A DNA stretch of 64,000 nucleotides, taken from assembly GCF_032444005.1 (NCBI RefSeq), contig NC_091288.1, positions 219,418,001-219,482,000 of the forward strand, written 5' to 3'. Position 1 is the first letter of the stretch. Every line of letters starts with the position of its first letter. Positions 1 to 12,214 of this stretch are shown here, in pieces. The notes below the pieces were generated by a model. That model had not been told where the DNA came from, searched no databases, and saw only the letters and a list, made by a program, of their open reading frames with translations. The stretch is from Ranitomeya imitator (lineage: Eukaryota). The translations under genes and the position numbers were made by a program.

Positions 1-1163
1 AAGAAAAACAAGTGGCCATAATTACTTTAAGAAATGAAGGTCAGTCAGTCCAAAAAATTGGGAAAACTTTGAAAGTGTCCCCAAGTGCAATGGCAAAAAC
101 CATCAAGCGCTACAAAGAAACTGGCTCACATGAGGATCGCCCCAGGAAAGGAACACCAAGAGTCACCTCTGCTTCTGAGGATAAGTTTATCCGAGTCACC
201 AGCCTCAGAAATCGCTGTTTAACAGCAGCTCAGATTAGAGACCAGGTCAATGCCACACAGAGTTCTAGCAGCAGACACATCTCTACAACAACTGTTAAGA
301 GGAGACTTTGTGCAGCAGGCCTTCATGGTAAAATAGCTGCTAGGAAACCACTGCTAAGGACAGGAAACAAGCAGAAGAGACTTGTTTGGTCTAAAGAACA
401 CAAGGAATGGACATTAGACCAGTGGAAATCTGTGCTTTGGTCTGATGAGTCCAGATCTTTGGTTTCAACCACCGTGTCTTTGTGCGACGCAGTAAAGGTG
501 AACGGATGGACTCTACATGCCTGGTTCCCACCGTGAAGCATGGAGGAGGAGGTGTGATGGTGTGGGGGGCTTTGCTGGTGACACTGTCGGGGATTTATTC
601 AAAATTGAAGGCATACTGAACCAGCATGGCTACCACAGCATCTTGCAGCGGCATGCTATTCCATCCGGTTTGTGTTTAGTTGGACCATCATTTATTTCTC
701 AACAGGACAATGACCCCCAAACACCTCCAGGCTGTGTAAGGGCTATTTGACCAAGAAGGAGAGTGATGGGGTGCTACACCAGATGACCTGGCCTCCACAG
801 TCACCAGACCTGAACCCAATCGAGATGGTTTGGGGTGAGCTGGACCGGAGAGTGAAGGCAAAAGGGCCGACAAGTGCTAAGCATCTCTGAGAACTCCTTC
901 AAGATTGTTGGAAGACCATTCCCGGTGACTACCTCTTGAAGTTCATCAAGAGAATGCCAAGAGTGTGCAAAGCAGTCAAAGCAAGAAGGTGGCTACTTAG
1001 ACATATTTTCAGTTGTTTCACACTTTTTTGTTAAGTATATAATTCCACATGTGTTAATTCATAGTTTTGATGCCTTCAGTGTGAATGTACAATTTTTCAT
1101 AGTCACGAAAACACAGAAAAATCTTTAAATGAGAAGGTGTGTCCAAACTTTTGGTCTGTACTG
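1..1163 (+). mobile_element. Tc1/mariner (DD34E) transposon, 5'-truncated by the window edge, transposase disabled
   Basis: ORF 12-536 gives the HTH region plus VLWSDE. Later frames give QQDNDP and WPPQSPDLNPIEMVW. Frameshifts near 455, 565 and 720; TGA near 888. The element ends ...CCAAACTTTTGGTCTGTACTG followed by TA (1164-1165), a Tc1-type terminus. Confidence 0.93.
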
Positions 1164-2239
1164 TATATTATGATGAGGAACTCAAGCCTTCGGTCTGCCA
1201 ATGTCTCAAGTATTTTCTAGACAGCTGAGATTTGATTTTTTGCTTTTCTTCGAGTCCTCAATAAACAAGTCAGTGATGACTTCCAGACGTCGGGGAGGAG
1301 CTGGAGATCCAGGTATGTGGTCGCTGCCGGCTCACTAGTGTCTGGTCCTCCCCCTCGTAGGAAGCAGGACGGCGACAGCGCATCATTCTGCAGCAAACAA
1401 GGGGGCTATTCAATGCGGATAGTCTCTTTACCACCCAGGACAGAACCCCCCCGCCCAAAGATGCTGTCAGAAGTGGGTACGCCTTCGTCTTTTTACCAGG
1501 CTACTACAAAAGGCTCAAATTGTGGAGCAAACATTTGTCTGCACAAAGATAAGTTGGCTCCCATCCATAGGCAAGAGGATAAGTTCCTGATCAAGGGGGG
1601 GGCGCCTGGTAGCGCGCACACGCACACGCACTTACATTTCAAGTATACTCCAAAACTCTGGTGAAGTCAGGCTAGGGCCTATGTTCAGGGGAAATCTTCA
1701 CACGGCTGCTGTTCAGGCCAGCGATCACAGCTCCCCGGAGGAAACCAATCTATATTAAAAAGATAGTTGGCAGAAACGTGTTTTTTTTCTTTGGTCATCG
1801 GACTTCCCTTCCCCAAAAAAGAAAAATTATACAAGTGAGAAAAATGTATTGACCCCGGGGTGGTATCGATACAAGTCAGCTCGTCACACTGCATCAACGG
1901 AACAAAGAAGAAAGACACAGACAGAAAAAATCTGGAGAATCTTGTTGCCAGGTCAAAAACAAATCCCCAAAAAGCAAGGAGGACAATTGTGTTTTTGTTT
2001 TTTCCATAATTTCAAGGCACTTGGAATTTTTTTCAGGACATTATATGGTACCGTCCAAAACACCAACTCGTCCCGCAGAAAACAAGGCTCAAACGGTGAC
2101 GGGAAACAAAACAATCATGACCCTGGAAGAAGCTGAAAGGAACGAGAGTGCAAAGCACAAAGAAAGCCGCCATCGGCATCCTGTACAGAGCCGCTCATTG
2201 GGGTGGGGAGTCACATTGGGCCAGGGGGTCATCGGATTG

Positions 2240-3960
2240 TACTGGGGCAGAGGGGGGGGATCATATCGTACTGGGGCAGGGATCATATGAGGGGCTGGGG
2301 GGATCATATCATGCGGGGGCAGAGGGGGGGGATCGTATCGGGGGCAGAGGAGGGGGATCGTATCGGGGGCAGAGGAGGGGGATCGTATCGGGGGCAGAGG
2401 AGGGGGATCGTATCGGGGGCAGAGGAGGGGGATCGTATCGGGGGCAGAGGAGGGGGATCGTATCGGGGGCAGAGGAGGGGGATCGTATCGGGGGCAGAGG
2501 AGGGGGATCGTATCGGGGGCAGAGGAGGGGGATCGTATCGGGGGCAGAGGAGGGGGATCGTATCGGGGGCAGAGGAGGGGGATCGTATCGGGGGCAGAGG
2601 AGGGGGATCGTATCGGGGGCAGAGGAGGGGGATCGTATCGGGGGCAGAGGAGGGGGATCGTATCGGGGGCAGAGGAGGGGGATCGTATCGGGGGCAGAGG
2701 AGGGGGATCGTATCGGGGGCAGAGGAGGGGGATCGTATCGGGGGCAGAGGAGGGGGATCGTATCGGGGGCAGAGGAGGGGGATCGTATCGGGGGCAGAGG
2801 AGGGGGATCGTATCGGGGGCAGAGGAGGGGGATCGTATCGGGGGCAGAGGAGGGGGATCGTATCGGGGGCAGAGGAGGGGGATCGTATCGGGGGCAGAGG
2901 AGGGGGATCGTATCGGGGGCAGAGGAGGGGGATCGTATCGGGGGCAGAAGGGGGGGATCGTATCGGGGCAGAGGGGGGGGATCATATCGGGGGCAGAGGG
3001 GGGGATCATATCAGGGGCAGAGGGGGGATCATATCAGGGGCAGAGGGGGGGGATCATATCGGGGGCAGAGGGGGGGATCATATCGGGGGCAGAGGGGGGG
3101 ATCATATCGGGGGCAGAGGGGGGGATCATATCGGGGGCAGAGGGGGGGGATCATATCAGGGGCAGAGGGGGGGATCATATCAGGGGCAGAGGGGGGATCA
3201 TATCGGGGGCAGAGGGGGGGGATCATATCGGGGGCAGAGGGGGGGATCATATCGGGGGCAGAGGGGGGGATCATATCAGGGGCAGAGGGGGGATCATATC
3301 AGGGGCATCATATCGGGGGCAGAGTGGGGGATCGTATCGGGGCACAGGGGGGGGCACAGGTGGGGGATCATATCGGGGGCAGAGGAGGGGGATCATATCG
3401 GGGGCAGAGGTGGGGGATCATATCGGGGGCACAGGGGGGGGGGGGATCATATCGGGGGCACAGGGGGGGGATCATATCGGGGGCACAGGGGGGGATCGTA
3501 TCGGGGGATCATATCGGGGGTAGAGGTGGGGGATCATATCGGGGTAGAGGTGGGGGATCATATCGGGGGCACAGGGGGGATCATATCGGGGGCACAGGGG
3601 GGATCATATCCGGGGCAGAGGTGGGGGATCATATCGGGGGCAGAGTGGGGGATCGTATCGGGGGCAGAGGTGGGGGATCATATCGGGGGCAGAGGGGGGG
3701 ATCGTATCGGGGGATCATATCGGGGGCAGAGGGGGGGATCATATCGGGGGCAGAGGGGGGGGATCATATCGGGGGTAGAGGGGGGGGATCATATCGGGGG
3801 CACAGGGGGGATCATATCGGGGGCAGAGGTGGGGGATCATATCGGGGGCAGAGGGGGGGGGATCATATCGGGGGCAGAGGTGGGGGATCATATCGGGGGC
3901 AGAGGGGGGGGATCATATCGGGGGCAGAGGGGGGGGGGATCGTATCGGGGGCAGAGGGGG
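2240..3960. repeat. G-rich minisatellite, 25-bp unit GATCGTATCGGGGGCAGAGGAGGGG
   Basis: Period of 25 read directly (GATCG at 2356 and 2381). About 25 identical copies at about 2331-2947, then degenerate variants. Confidence 0.97.
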
Positions 3961-4074
3961 ATTATATCTGAGCTATCTGTTAAGTTAGGCCTCCAGTCCG
4001 TTGCTATGACGTCATGCCATGACGTCAGCACACAGCAGCCCAGGTGTACTGGGGACAATGGAGGGCGCACTCAC

Positions 4075-4250
4075 CATGGGTCCGGGTGCAGCAGTGTCAG
4101 CTCCAGGCTCCGCCGCCCTCCTTTGTCCCCTCGGTGATGCCCCCGGAGCCGGCGGGTGAGGGGCCCGGCCCGAGCGATCAGCTCCACATCTCTTATATCA
4201 TCTCTCTGCACAGCAAACACTTCCTTTTGTTGCTAGGAAACAGGAAGTGT
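4075..4250 (-). other. Probable first exon of a divergently transcribed gene (ZNF646 position by synteny); 5' end approximate
   Basis: The minus strand reads ...CCCATG|GTGAGTGC, a consensus donor with the intron starting at 4074, in a CpG-rich promoter. Identity is inferred only from the mammalian head-to-head ZNF646/ZNF668 arrangement; I recognised no coding sequence of it. Confidence 0.5.
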
Positions 4251-4679
4251 GCACCGCATAATGTCTCCCTTCTCGCATTTTTTACCTACTTCCAGGAGTT
4301 CCTAATCATTCCGGTGCCCGGATATAGTATGGCGGAGGAGAGGATTCCAGGTTTAAAAATGGTGGCGCGGCAGCCAATAGGAATGGAGCACCTCGAAAGT
4401 TGATTGGCTGCAGCTTGAGATAAGTTAGAACCGACCAATCAGTGAAGAGGCGAGAGCTTCCCTGTGCGCACGCTTGAAGTCTTCCCGATGGAAACACAAA
4501 ATGACAGGAGGAGTTCCGTGCAGCTGGTAACAGCTTTCTGTAGGGTGCAGTGCGCGGCTGCTGGGCTGTGGGGCCGGGTGGTCGCTCGGTGCCGGCTTCT
4601 TATATCTAGCGCTATTTGTTTTTTCAGTCTCACGTTATGTCTCATACACTGGAGGGAAGCTAATAGTGAAGCACTGAGA

Positions 4680-4805
4680 ACTTCCGGCGTCGGCTCCTCC
4701 TCAACCCCCAGGGTCCTAGGTCCGGCCATGTTCAGCTTTGTCTGCTGCTTGAGCTCTGAGGCTGAGTGTGGGGAGCGGAGGGTGTAACGGCCCCAGAAGC
4801 CCCAG
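4680..4805 (+). other. ZNF668: Probable non-coding exon 1 of ZNF668 (start approximate)
   Basis: CCCAG|GTGAGT donor at 4805/4806. A matching acceptor CTTTTCCAG| at 10081 lies 12 nt upstream of the ZNF668 ATG. Confidence 0.6.
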
Positions 4806-4934
4806 GTGAGTGCCGTGCGGACGGGATGTGTCCGTATGCGGAGCCCGGGCGGTGTGCGGTCCGTATATACACAGCCGGGCTGTTACTGAGTGCAGGACTG
4901 TGCAGAAGTCTGAGGCAGGGAGAGGTGATGCTGT

Positions 4935-7450
4935 GACCCCCCCCATCATCAGTGTCTGGTGACCCCCCCCCATCATCAGTATCTGGGGACCCCCCCCCCA
5001 TCATCAGTATCTGGTGACCCCCCCCCCCCCCCATCATCAGTGTCTGGGGACCCCCCCCCATCATCAGTATCTGGGGACCCCCCCCCATCATCAGTGTCTG
5101 GTGACCCCCCCTCCCCCATCATCAGTATCTGGGGACCCCCCCCCCATCATCAGTATCTGGGGACCCCCCCCCATCATCAGTATCTGGGGACCCCCCCCAT
5201 CATCAGTATCTGGGGACCCCCCCCCATCATCAGTATCTGGTGACCGCCCGTCACCTCCATCATCAGTATCTGGTGACCGCCCGTCACCTCCATCATCAGT
5301 ATCTGGTGATCGTCCGTCTCCTCCATCATCAGTATCTAGTGAGCGCCCGTCACCTCCATCATCAGTATCTGGTGACCGCCCGTCTTCTCCATCATCAGTA
5401 TCTGGTGACCGCCCGTCTCCTCCATCATTAGTATCTGGTGACCGCCCGTCTCCTCCATCATCAGTATCTGGTGACCGCCCGTCACCTCCATCATCAGTAT
5501 CTGGTGATCGCCCGTCACCTCCATCATCAGTATCTGGTGACCGCCCGTCTCCTCCATCATTAGTATCTGGTGACCGCCCGTCACCTCCATCATCAGTATC
5601 TGGTGACCGCCCGTCACCTCCATCATCAGTATCTGGTAACCGCCCGTCCCCTCCATCATCAGTATCTGGTGACCGCCCGTCTCCTCCATCATCAGTATCT
5701 AGTGAGCGCCCGTCACCTCCATCATCAGTATCTGGTAACCGCCCGTCACCTCCATCATCAGTATCTGGTGACCGCCCGTCCCCTCCATCATCAGTATCTG
5801 GTGACCGCCCGTCACCTCCATCATCAGTATCTGGTGACCGCCCGTCACCTCCATCATCAGTATCTGGTGACCGCCCGTCACCTCCATCATCAGTATCTGG
5901 TGATCGCCCGTCTCCTCCATCATCAGTATCTGGTGACCTCCCGTCACCTCCATCATCAGTATCTGGTGACTGCCCGTCACCTCCATCATCAGTATCTGGT
6001 GACTGCCCGTCACCCCCATCATCAGTATCTGGTGACCGCCCGTCACCTCCATCATCAGTATCTGGTGACCGCCCGTCACCTCCATCATCAGTATCTGGTG
6101 ATCGTCCGTCTCCTCCATCATCAGTATCTAGTGAGCGCCCGTCTCCTCCATCATCAGTATCTGGTGACCGCCCGTCTCCTCCATCATCAGTATCTGGTGA
6201 CCGCCCGTCACCTCCATCATCAGTACCTGGTGACCGCCCGTCCCCTCCATCATCAGTATCTGGTGACCTCCCGTCTCCTCCATCATCAGTATCTGGTGAC
6301 CTCCCGTCTCCTCCATCATCAGTATCTGGTGACCGCCCGTCTCCTCCATCATCAGTATCTGGTGACCGCCCGTCACCTCCATCATCAGTATCTGGTGACC
6401 TCCCGTCTCCTCCATCATCAGTATCTGGTGACCGCCCGTCTCCTCCATCATCAGTATCTGGTGACCGCCCGTCTCCTCCATCATCAGTATCAGGTGACCG
6501 CCCGTCTCCTCCATCATCAGTACCTGGTGACCGCCCGTCCCCTCCATCATCAGTATCTGGTGACCTCCCGTCTCCTCCATCATCAGTATCTGGTGACCGC
6601 CCGTCTCCCCCATCATCAGTATCTGGTGACCGCCCGTCTCCTCCATCATCAGTATCTGGTGACCGCCCGTCTCCTCCATCATCAGTATCTGGTGATCGCC
6701 CGTCTCCTCCATCATCAGTATCTGGTGACCGCCCGTCTCCTCCATCATCAGTATCTGGTGACCGCCCGTCACCTCCATCATCAGTATCTGGTGACCTCCC
6801 ATCTCCTCCATCATCAGTATCTGGTGACCGCCCGTCACCTCCATCATCAGTATCTGGTGACCTCCCGTCTCCTCCATCATCAGTATCTGGTGACCGCCCG
6901 TCACCTCCATCATCAGTAGCTGGTGACCGCCTGTCTCCTCCATCATCAGTATCTGGTGACTGCCCGTCACCTCCATCATCAGTAGCTGGTGACCGCCCGT
7001 CACCTCCATCGTCAGTATCTGGTGACCGCCCGTCACCTCCATCGTCAGTATCTGGTGACCGCCCGTCACCTCCATCGTCAGTATCTGGTGACCGCCCGTC
7101 ACCTCCATCGTCAGTATCTGGTGACCGCCCGTCACCTCCATCGTCAGTATCTGGTGACCGCCCGTCTCCTCCATCGTCAGTAGCTGGTGACCGCCCGTCT
7201 CCTCCATCATCAGTATCTGGTGACCGCCCGTCACCTCCATCGTCAGTATCTGGTGACCGCCCGTCACCTCCATCGTCAGTATCTGGTGACCGCCCGTCAC
7301 CTCCATCGTCAGTATCTGGTGACCGCCCGTCTCCTCCATCGTCAGTAGCTGGTGACCGCCCGTCTCCTCCATCATCAGTGTCTGGTGACCGCCCGTCTCC
7401 TCCATCGTCAGTGTCTGGTGACTGCCCGTCTCCTCCATCGTCAGTATCTT
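4935..7450. repeat. Minisatellite, 33-bp unit CCATCATCAGTATCTGGTGACCGCCCGTCTCCT (shorter poly-C variant at 4935-5235)
   Basis: Period of 33 (TCTGG at 5401 and 5434); translates as (PSSVSGDRPSP)n. Confidence 0.97.
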
Positions 7451-7739
7451 GTGATATTAGATTTTTCCTAGTCTCCTGCACCGTCCTGTGTGCACATGTG
7501 AACTTCCATTAGTCCGGCAGGTCCTATTAGTCGTTACCATCCTGATAGTCCGGCACGTTGTAGCACAGACACGATCCCGATTATTCCTGCCGCCTTCACG
7601 GTCATTTCTGTTTATTACAAAAACTTACAAACTTTTTTGCTCTTTTTCTTTTTGTTTCCTTTGTTGCAATGTAAATATCTGACCGATTAGAACGAGGTTC
7701 CTCCAAATTCTGCACCAGACGCTTCTTCTAGCGACTGCT

Positions 7740-7990
7740 GCGGCCTCCGGTACTCGCCCCTCCGGCTGTTGTGACCTGCTGCAGACCTGATGCATCCCAG
7801 TCCTTACTAATGGCCTCCGGGTCACTGATATTCTTGGGTTTGCTGCCGCCTTCTTCACATCCCACCAAAGATTTTCTATGGGATTCAAGTCCGGTGACTG
7901 CAGCTCCAGAATCTTCCAGGACGTCTCCTGAAACCAAACTGTGGTGGACTGTGAGGTTCTGGGGTCATTGTGCTCCTGAAAGGTCCAAGG
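7740..7990 (-). mobile_element. Tc1 transposase C-terminal fragment
   Basis: Minus-strand peptide WTFQEHNDP...[18 protein letters not shown] carries Tc1 DDE motifs. Confidence 0.8.
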
Positions 7991-8084
7991 AGGCCGGAAC
8001 TTCAGCTCCTCACAGAAGACAAGAGGGTTTCTACTAGGATTGTCTGATTGCAATCATCCTGCCCTCCACCTGCTGCACGGATTG

Positions 8085-9475
8085 CAGATCCCCCCCCCCC
8101 GCCACGCTTCACCGCAGGGATCACCGATCCCCCCAGCCACGCTTCACCGCAGGAATCACCGATCCCCCCCAGCCACGCTTCACCGCAGGGACCGCCGATC
8201 CCCCCAGCCACGCTTCACCGCAGGGATCACTGATCCCCCCCAGCCACGCTTCACCGCAGGGACCGCCGATCCCCCCAGCCACGCTTCACCGCAGGGATCA
8301 CTGATCCCCCCCCCCCCAGCCACACCTCACCGCAGGAATCGCCGATCCCCCCCAGCCACGCTTCACCGCAGGAATCACCGATCCCCCTGCCACTCTTCAC
8401 CGCAGGAATCGCCGATCCCCCCAGCCACGCTTCACCGCAGGGATCGCCGATCCCCCCGCCACACTTCACCGCAGGGACCGCCGATCCCCCCCGCCACGCT
8501 TCACCGCAGGGATCACCGATCCCCCCAGCCACGCTTCACCGCAGGAATCACCGATTCCCCCCAGCCACGCTTCACCGCAGGGACCGCCGATCCCCCCAGC
8601 CACGCTTCACCGCAGGGATCACTGATCCCCCCCCCCCAGCCACACCTCACCGCAGGAATCGCTGATCCCCCCCAGCCACGCTTCACCGCAGGAATCACCG
8701 ATCCCCCTGCCACTCTTCACCGCAGGAATCGCCGATCCCCCCAGCCACGCTTCACCGCAGGGATCGCCGATCCCCCCGCCACACTTCACCGCAGGGACCG
8801 CCGATCCCCCCCGCCACGCTTCACCGCAGGGATCACCGATCCCCCCAGCCACGCTTCACCGCAGGAATCACCGATCCCCCCCCCAGCCACGCTTCACCGC
8901 AGGGACCGGCGATCCCCCCCCGCCACGCTTCACCGCAGGGATCACCGATCCCCCCCCCAGCCACGCTTCACCGCAGGAATCGCCGATCCCCCCAGCCACG
9001 CTTCACCGCAGGGATCGCCGATCCCCCCGCCACACTTCACCGCAGGGACCGCCGATCCCCCCCGCCACGCTTCACCGCAGGGATCACCGATCCCCCCAGC
9101 CACGCTTCACCGCAGGAATCACCGATCCCCCCCCCAGCCACGCTTCACCGCAGGGACCGGCGATCCCCCCCGCCACGCTTCACCGCAGGGATCACCGATC
9201 CCCCCCCAGCCACACCTCACCGCAGGAATCGCCGATCCCCCCCAACCACGCTTCACCGCAGGAATCACCGATCCCCCTGCCACTCTTCACCGCAGGAATC
9301 GCCGATCCCCCCAGCCACGCTTCACCGCAGGAATCACCGATCCCCCTGCCACTCTTCACCGCAGGAATCGCCGATCCCCCCCAGCCACGCTTCACCGTAG
9401 GAATCACCGATCCCCCCCGCCACGCTTCACCGCAGGGATCGCCGATCCCCCCCGCCACGCTTCACCGCAGGGATC
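8085..9475. repeat. Minisatellite, about 33-36-bp unit GCCACGCTTCACCGCAGG(G/A)ATCACCGATCCCCCCA
   Basis: Period of 35 (GCCAC at 8101 and 8136); the C-tract length varies. Confidence 0.96.
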
Positions 9476-9544
9476 GCTTGTTCTCTTTGTTTGTAAAGGT
9501 TGTGAGCGCTATTTTTTTTTCTCTTACTTTTTGGACCATTGTCT

Positions 9545-9665
9545 TGACAGCCGAAGAATATTAGTGATCTGGTGGCCGCTGCCCATGAGAACTGGGCTCG
9601 GCTTTCTCAGGATCACTGCCAGGAGCTGGAGTCTGCAGCAGGTTATAACAGCCAGAGGGGAATCT
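9545..9665 (+). mobile_element. Short Tc1 C-terminal fragment, same family as 7740-7990
   Basis: 9631-9660 GTCTGCAGCAGGTTATAACAGCCAGAGGGG matches the reverse complement of 7757-7786 at 27/30; PKNISD-like codons at about 9550. Confidence 0.55.
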
Positions 9666-10093
9666 GGTCATAGGCGGCTCTACTAAGTACTAAAGAGGTG
9701 AAAGAGGTGAATAATTGTGATTAGAACTGGACGTAATCCTGATGATCCCGTGTAATCATGGCCACCTGCAGCCGTTCTGGGTATCTCCCCGATAGTCTGG
9801 CACATGGTGGCCCCGAAAGTCAATGTTCATTATATCGTCTTGTTTCTGGGATGCCGCCGTGATCCTCCATATTATGTGTCTGTGTGCAGAAAGACTACCT
9901 GTGGTTTGGAATATCCACCAACCAGCAGATCCAGGGGATGCCAGATTACCAGCGTTGATTGCATGGAGCTGTACTGATGGGATTGTTGTCTTTACATCTG
10001 TAGAGTCGTTGTTGTGCCTAGTCAGTAATGGGAGTAAATGGAGGTTGACTGAATTAATCCTGGTCCCCGCTTCTTTTCCAGGCCGCCCCCACC

Positions 10094-11764
10094 ATGTCTT
10101 CGGAGCAGCAGGAATCTGTCGGAGAGATCGAGGTGTTGATCGAGCAGGATCCTGAGGAGTCTCCCAGATTTGTGCAGAGTGGACGTCGCTTTCGCTGTTT
10201 GGCCTGCCGCAAAACCTTCCCAAACCAGCCCCGTGCCAAGCGCCACTGCCGGGTGCACCGCTCAGCTGATGACTCCCAGCCTCCGACACCCAAGACTCCA
10301 GGGCCAAAAAGCGAGCTGCGCCACCAGTGCGTCCACTGCAACAAATCCTACAAAACCGCCTCCCTGCTTAAGAGCCATGGGCGAAGCCACACAGGGGAGA
10401 AGCCGTTCGTATGTAAAGAGTGCGGGCGCTCCTTCATGCAGCCGATATGCCTGCGGGTACACATGGCCACACACAACGGCCAGCTCCCTTTCCAGTGCAG
10501 CCAGTGTGGAAAAGCTTACGCCACGCCGTCAAAGTTGCGCATCCATGAGCGGCTGCACACTGGGGAGCGCCCGTTCTCATGCCCCGATTGTGGGAAGGGG
10601 TTTGCGGACCCGTCTGTTTTTCGGAAGCACCGGCGGAGTCATGCCGGGCTGCGACCTTATCAGTGCAAACTGTGCCAGAAGTCCTATAGCGAGCTGAAGG
10701 ACCTAAAGAACCATGAGCGGAGCCACACGGGGGAGAAGCCTTTCCTGTGTTCGGATTGCGGTAAGGCGTTCTCCCGCGCGTCTTCCCTAACGTGTCATCA
10801 GCGCATTCATGCTGCCGAGAAACCTTACAAGTGCCCTATATGTAACAAAGACTTTACCCAACTGTCCTCCTACCAGAGCCACCAACGCACACACTCCGGG
10901 GAGAAGCCTTACCTGTGCCCTCAGTGCGGCCGCATGTTCTCCGACCCATCTAGTTTCCGGCGGCACCAACGGGCTCACCAGGGCGTGAAGCCGTACCGAT
11001 GCGACAAGTGTGGCAAACCATTCCGGCAGCCGGCTGATTTGGCCATGCACCAGAGAATCCACACGGGTGAGAGGCCCTTCAAATGCCCGGACTGTGACAA
11101 GAGCTTTGTGGCGTCTTGGGACCTGAAGCGGCACCGGCTTTCGCACAGTACGGAGCGGCCCTTCCAGTGCATGGAATGTGGTAAAGGTTTCGCCGAGCGT
11201 TCTGGGCTCAGCAAACACCAACGTTCCCACAGCGGAGAGAGACCCTACAAGTGCGAGGAGTGCAGCAAGACGTTCATCGTCTCGTCAAGTCTACGGAAGC
11301 ACGAACGGACCCACCTGAAGCCCGAAGCGGAGGCCAACAAGAAGAAGGAAGAGTCCATCACCTGCGATACGTGCGCAGTGACCTTCCTGAGCGTGATGGA
11401 CCTGAAGACCCATCAGAGAAACCATCCAGAGCTCAGGCCCTTCCGCTGTGACCAGTGTGACAAGGGCTTTGTGGACAAGGCCGGACTGAAGAAGCACCAA
11501 CGCATTCACAGCGACGTGCGCCCCCACGTGTGCCAACAGTGCGGCAAGGGCTTCCACATCCCCTCCGACCTTCGTAAGCACCAGAAGACACATGACAAGG
11601 AGGTGAAGGGCAAAGAGGAGGAGGAGGAAGAGGAGATCACCACTTTGACCCTCCATCCAGCCTATGTAGAACCTCCGCCGCTCTATGATCCTCTGGTCTC
11701 CTTCTTAGAGAAAGTGACTGAAGGAAACATGGAGGTGATAGAACAGTCGCCCACGTCGAGCTGA
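10094..11764 (+). CDS. ZNF668: Zinc finger protein 668 orthologue, 556 aa, 16 C2H2 fingers, no KRAB domain, CDS in one exon
   Basis: Kozak CCACCATG just after an acceptor at 10081. I counted 16 CxxC...HxxxH fingers. Finger sequences match what I recognise as ZNF668 ([92 protein letters not shown]). The neighbouring STX4/STX1B order agrees. Confidence 0.95.
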   Translation: MSSEQQESVGEIEVLIEQDPEESPRFVQSGRRFRCLACRKTFPNQPRAKRHCRVHRSADDSQPPTPKTPGPKSELRHQCVHCNKSYKTASLLKSHGRSHTGEKPFVCKECGRSFMQPICLRVHMATHNGQLPFQCSQCGKAYATPSKLRIHERLHTGERPFSCPDCGKGFADPSVFRKHRRSHAGLRPYQCKLCQKSYSELKDLKNHERSHTGEKPFLCSDCGKAFSRASSLTCHQRIHAAEKPYKCPICNKDFTQLSSYQSHQRTHSGEKPYLCPQCGRMFSDPSSFRRHQRAHQGVKPYRCDKCGKPFRQPADLAMHQRIHTGERPFKCPDCDKSFVASWDLKRHRLSHSTERPFQCMECGKGFAERSGLSKHQRSHSGERPYKCEECSKTFIVSSSLRKHERTHLKPEAEANKKKEESITCDTCAVTFLSVMDLKTHQRNHPELRPFRCDQCDKGFVDKAGLKKHQRIHSDVRPHVCQQCGKGFHIPSDLRKHQKTHDKEVKGKEEEEEEEITTLTLHPAYVEPPPLYDPLVSFLEKVTEGNMEVIEQSPTSS

Positions 11765-12214
11765 ACGTGCTCTGGTACAAAGAACTGTACAGGACTACAC
11801 AGACCCTACGTCTCCTGCGCGCAGGCGGCCATCTTGTCGGGGCAGAACATCAAACTCGCCCCCATTACACAAACAATCATGGGAAAACCAAGCAGCGTGA
11901 AATTAATAATTGCCGCCATTACCCAGTCTGAGGGACGACAGCCATTGTGTAATGGGTATCTGCCGCCCACGGGGTGTACAGGACGGGCCCCGGGTCCCAG
12001 ACTGACGGGGACAGCGGAGATTTGCACACACGTATATCCTGTAATAAGCCGAGATCATGTGACCGGAGTATGAAATTCAGTATTTTTTCCCTGCAAAAAT
12101 TAAAGCTTTTGCCTTCAATTATCCCGCTGAGGCGGCCATGTTTGTATAAAGACTGGTGCCTGTAAGCTGGGAACTCCTCCTGCGGGATGCAGTGGTTGTG
12201 TCTGCCCCTCACAC

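Larger units (their letters stand above)
4000..4805. promoter_or_regulatory. CpG-rich, probably bidirectional promoter
   Basis: TGACGTCA x2 (4007-4014, 4020-4027); RFX X-box GTTGCTAGGAAAC (4229-4241); ETS CAGGAAGT (4241-4248) and ACTTCCGG (4680-4687); CCAAT at 4374 and 4435, ATTGG at 4403. Outward-facing GTGAGT donors lie on opposite strands (4074 -, 4806 +). Confidence 0.75.

Noticed and set aside
12-990. Functional transposase (also 37108-38700)
   Set aside because: Multiple frameshifts and in-frame stops; the second copy is also split by a MITE and internally deleted.
1200-2230. Coding exon or retroelement in the unique stretch (ORFs 1317-1664, 1849-2136; CAG|GTATGT at about 1312)
   Set aside because: No recognisable protein similarity or paired splice sites that I can support.
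4044-4787. Short ORFs across the bidirectional promoter (4044-4403, 4439-4729, 4464-4787)
   Set aside because: No recognisable domain; typical chance ORFs of a GC-rich island.
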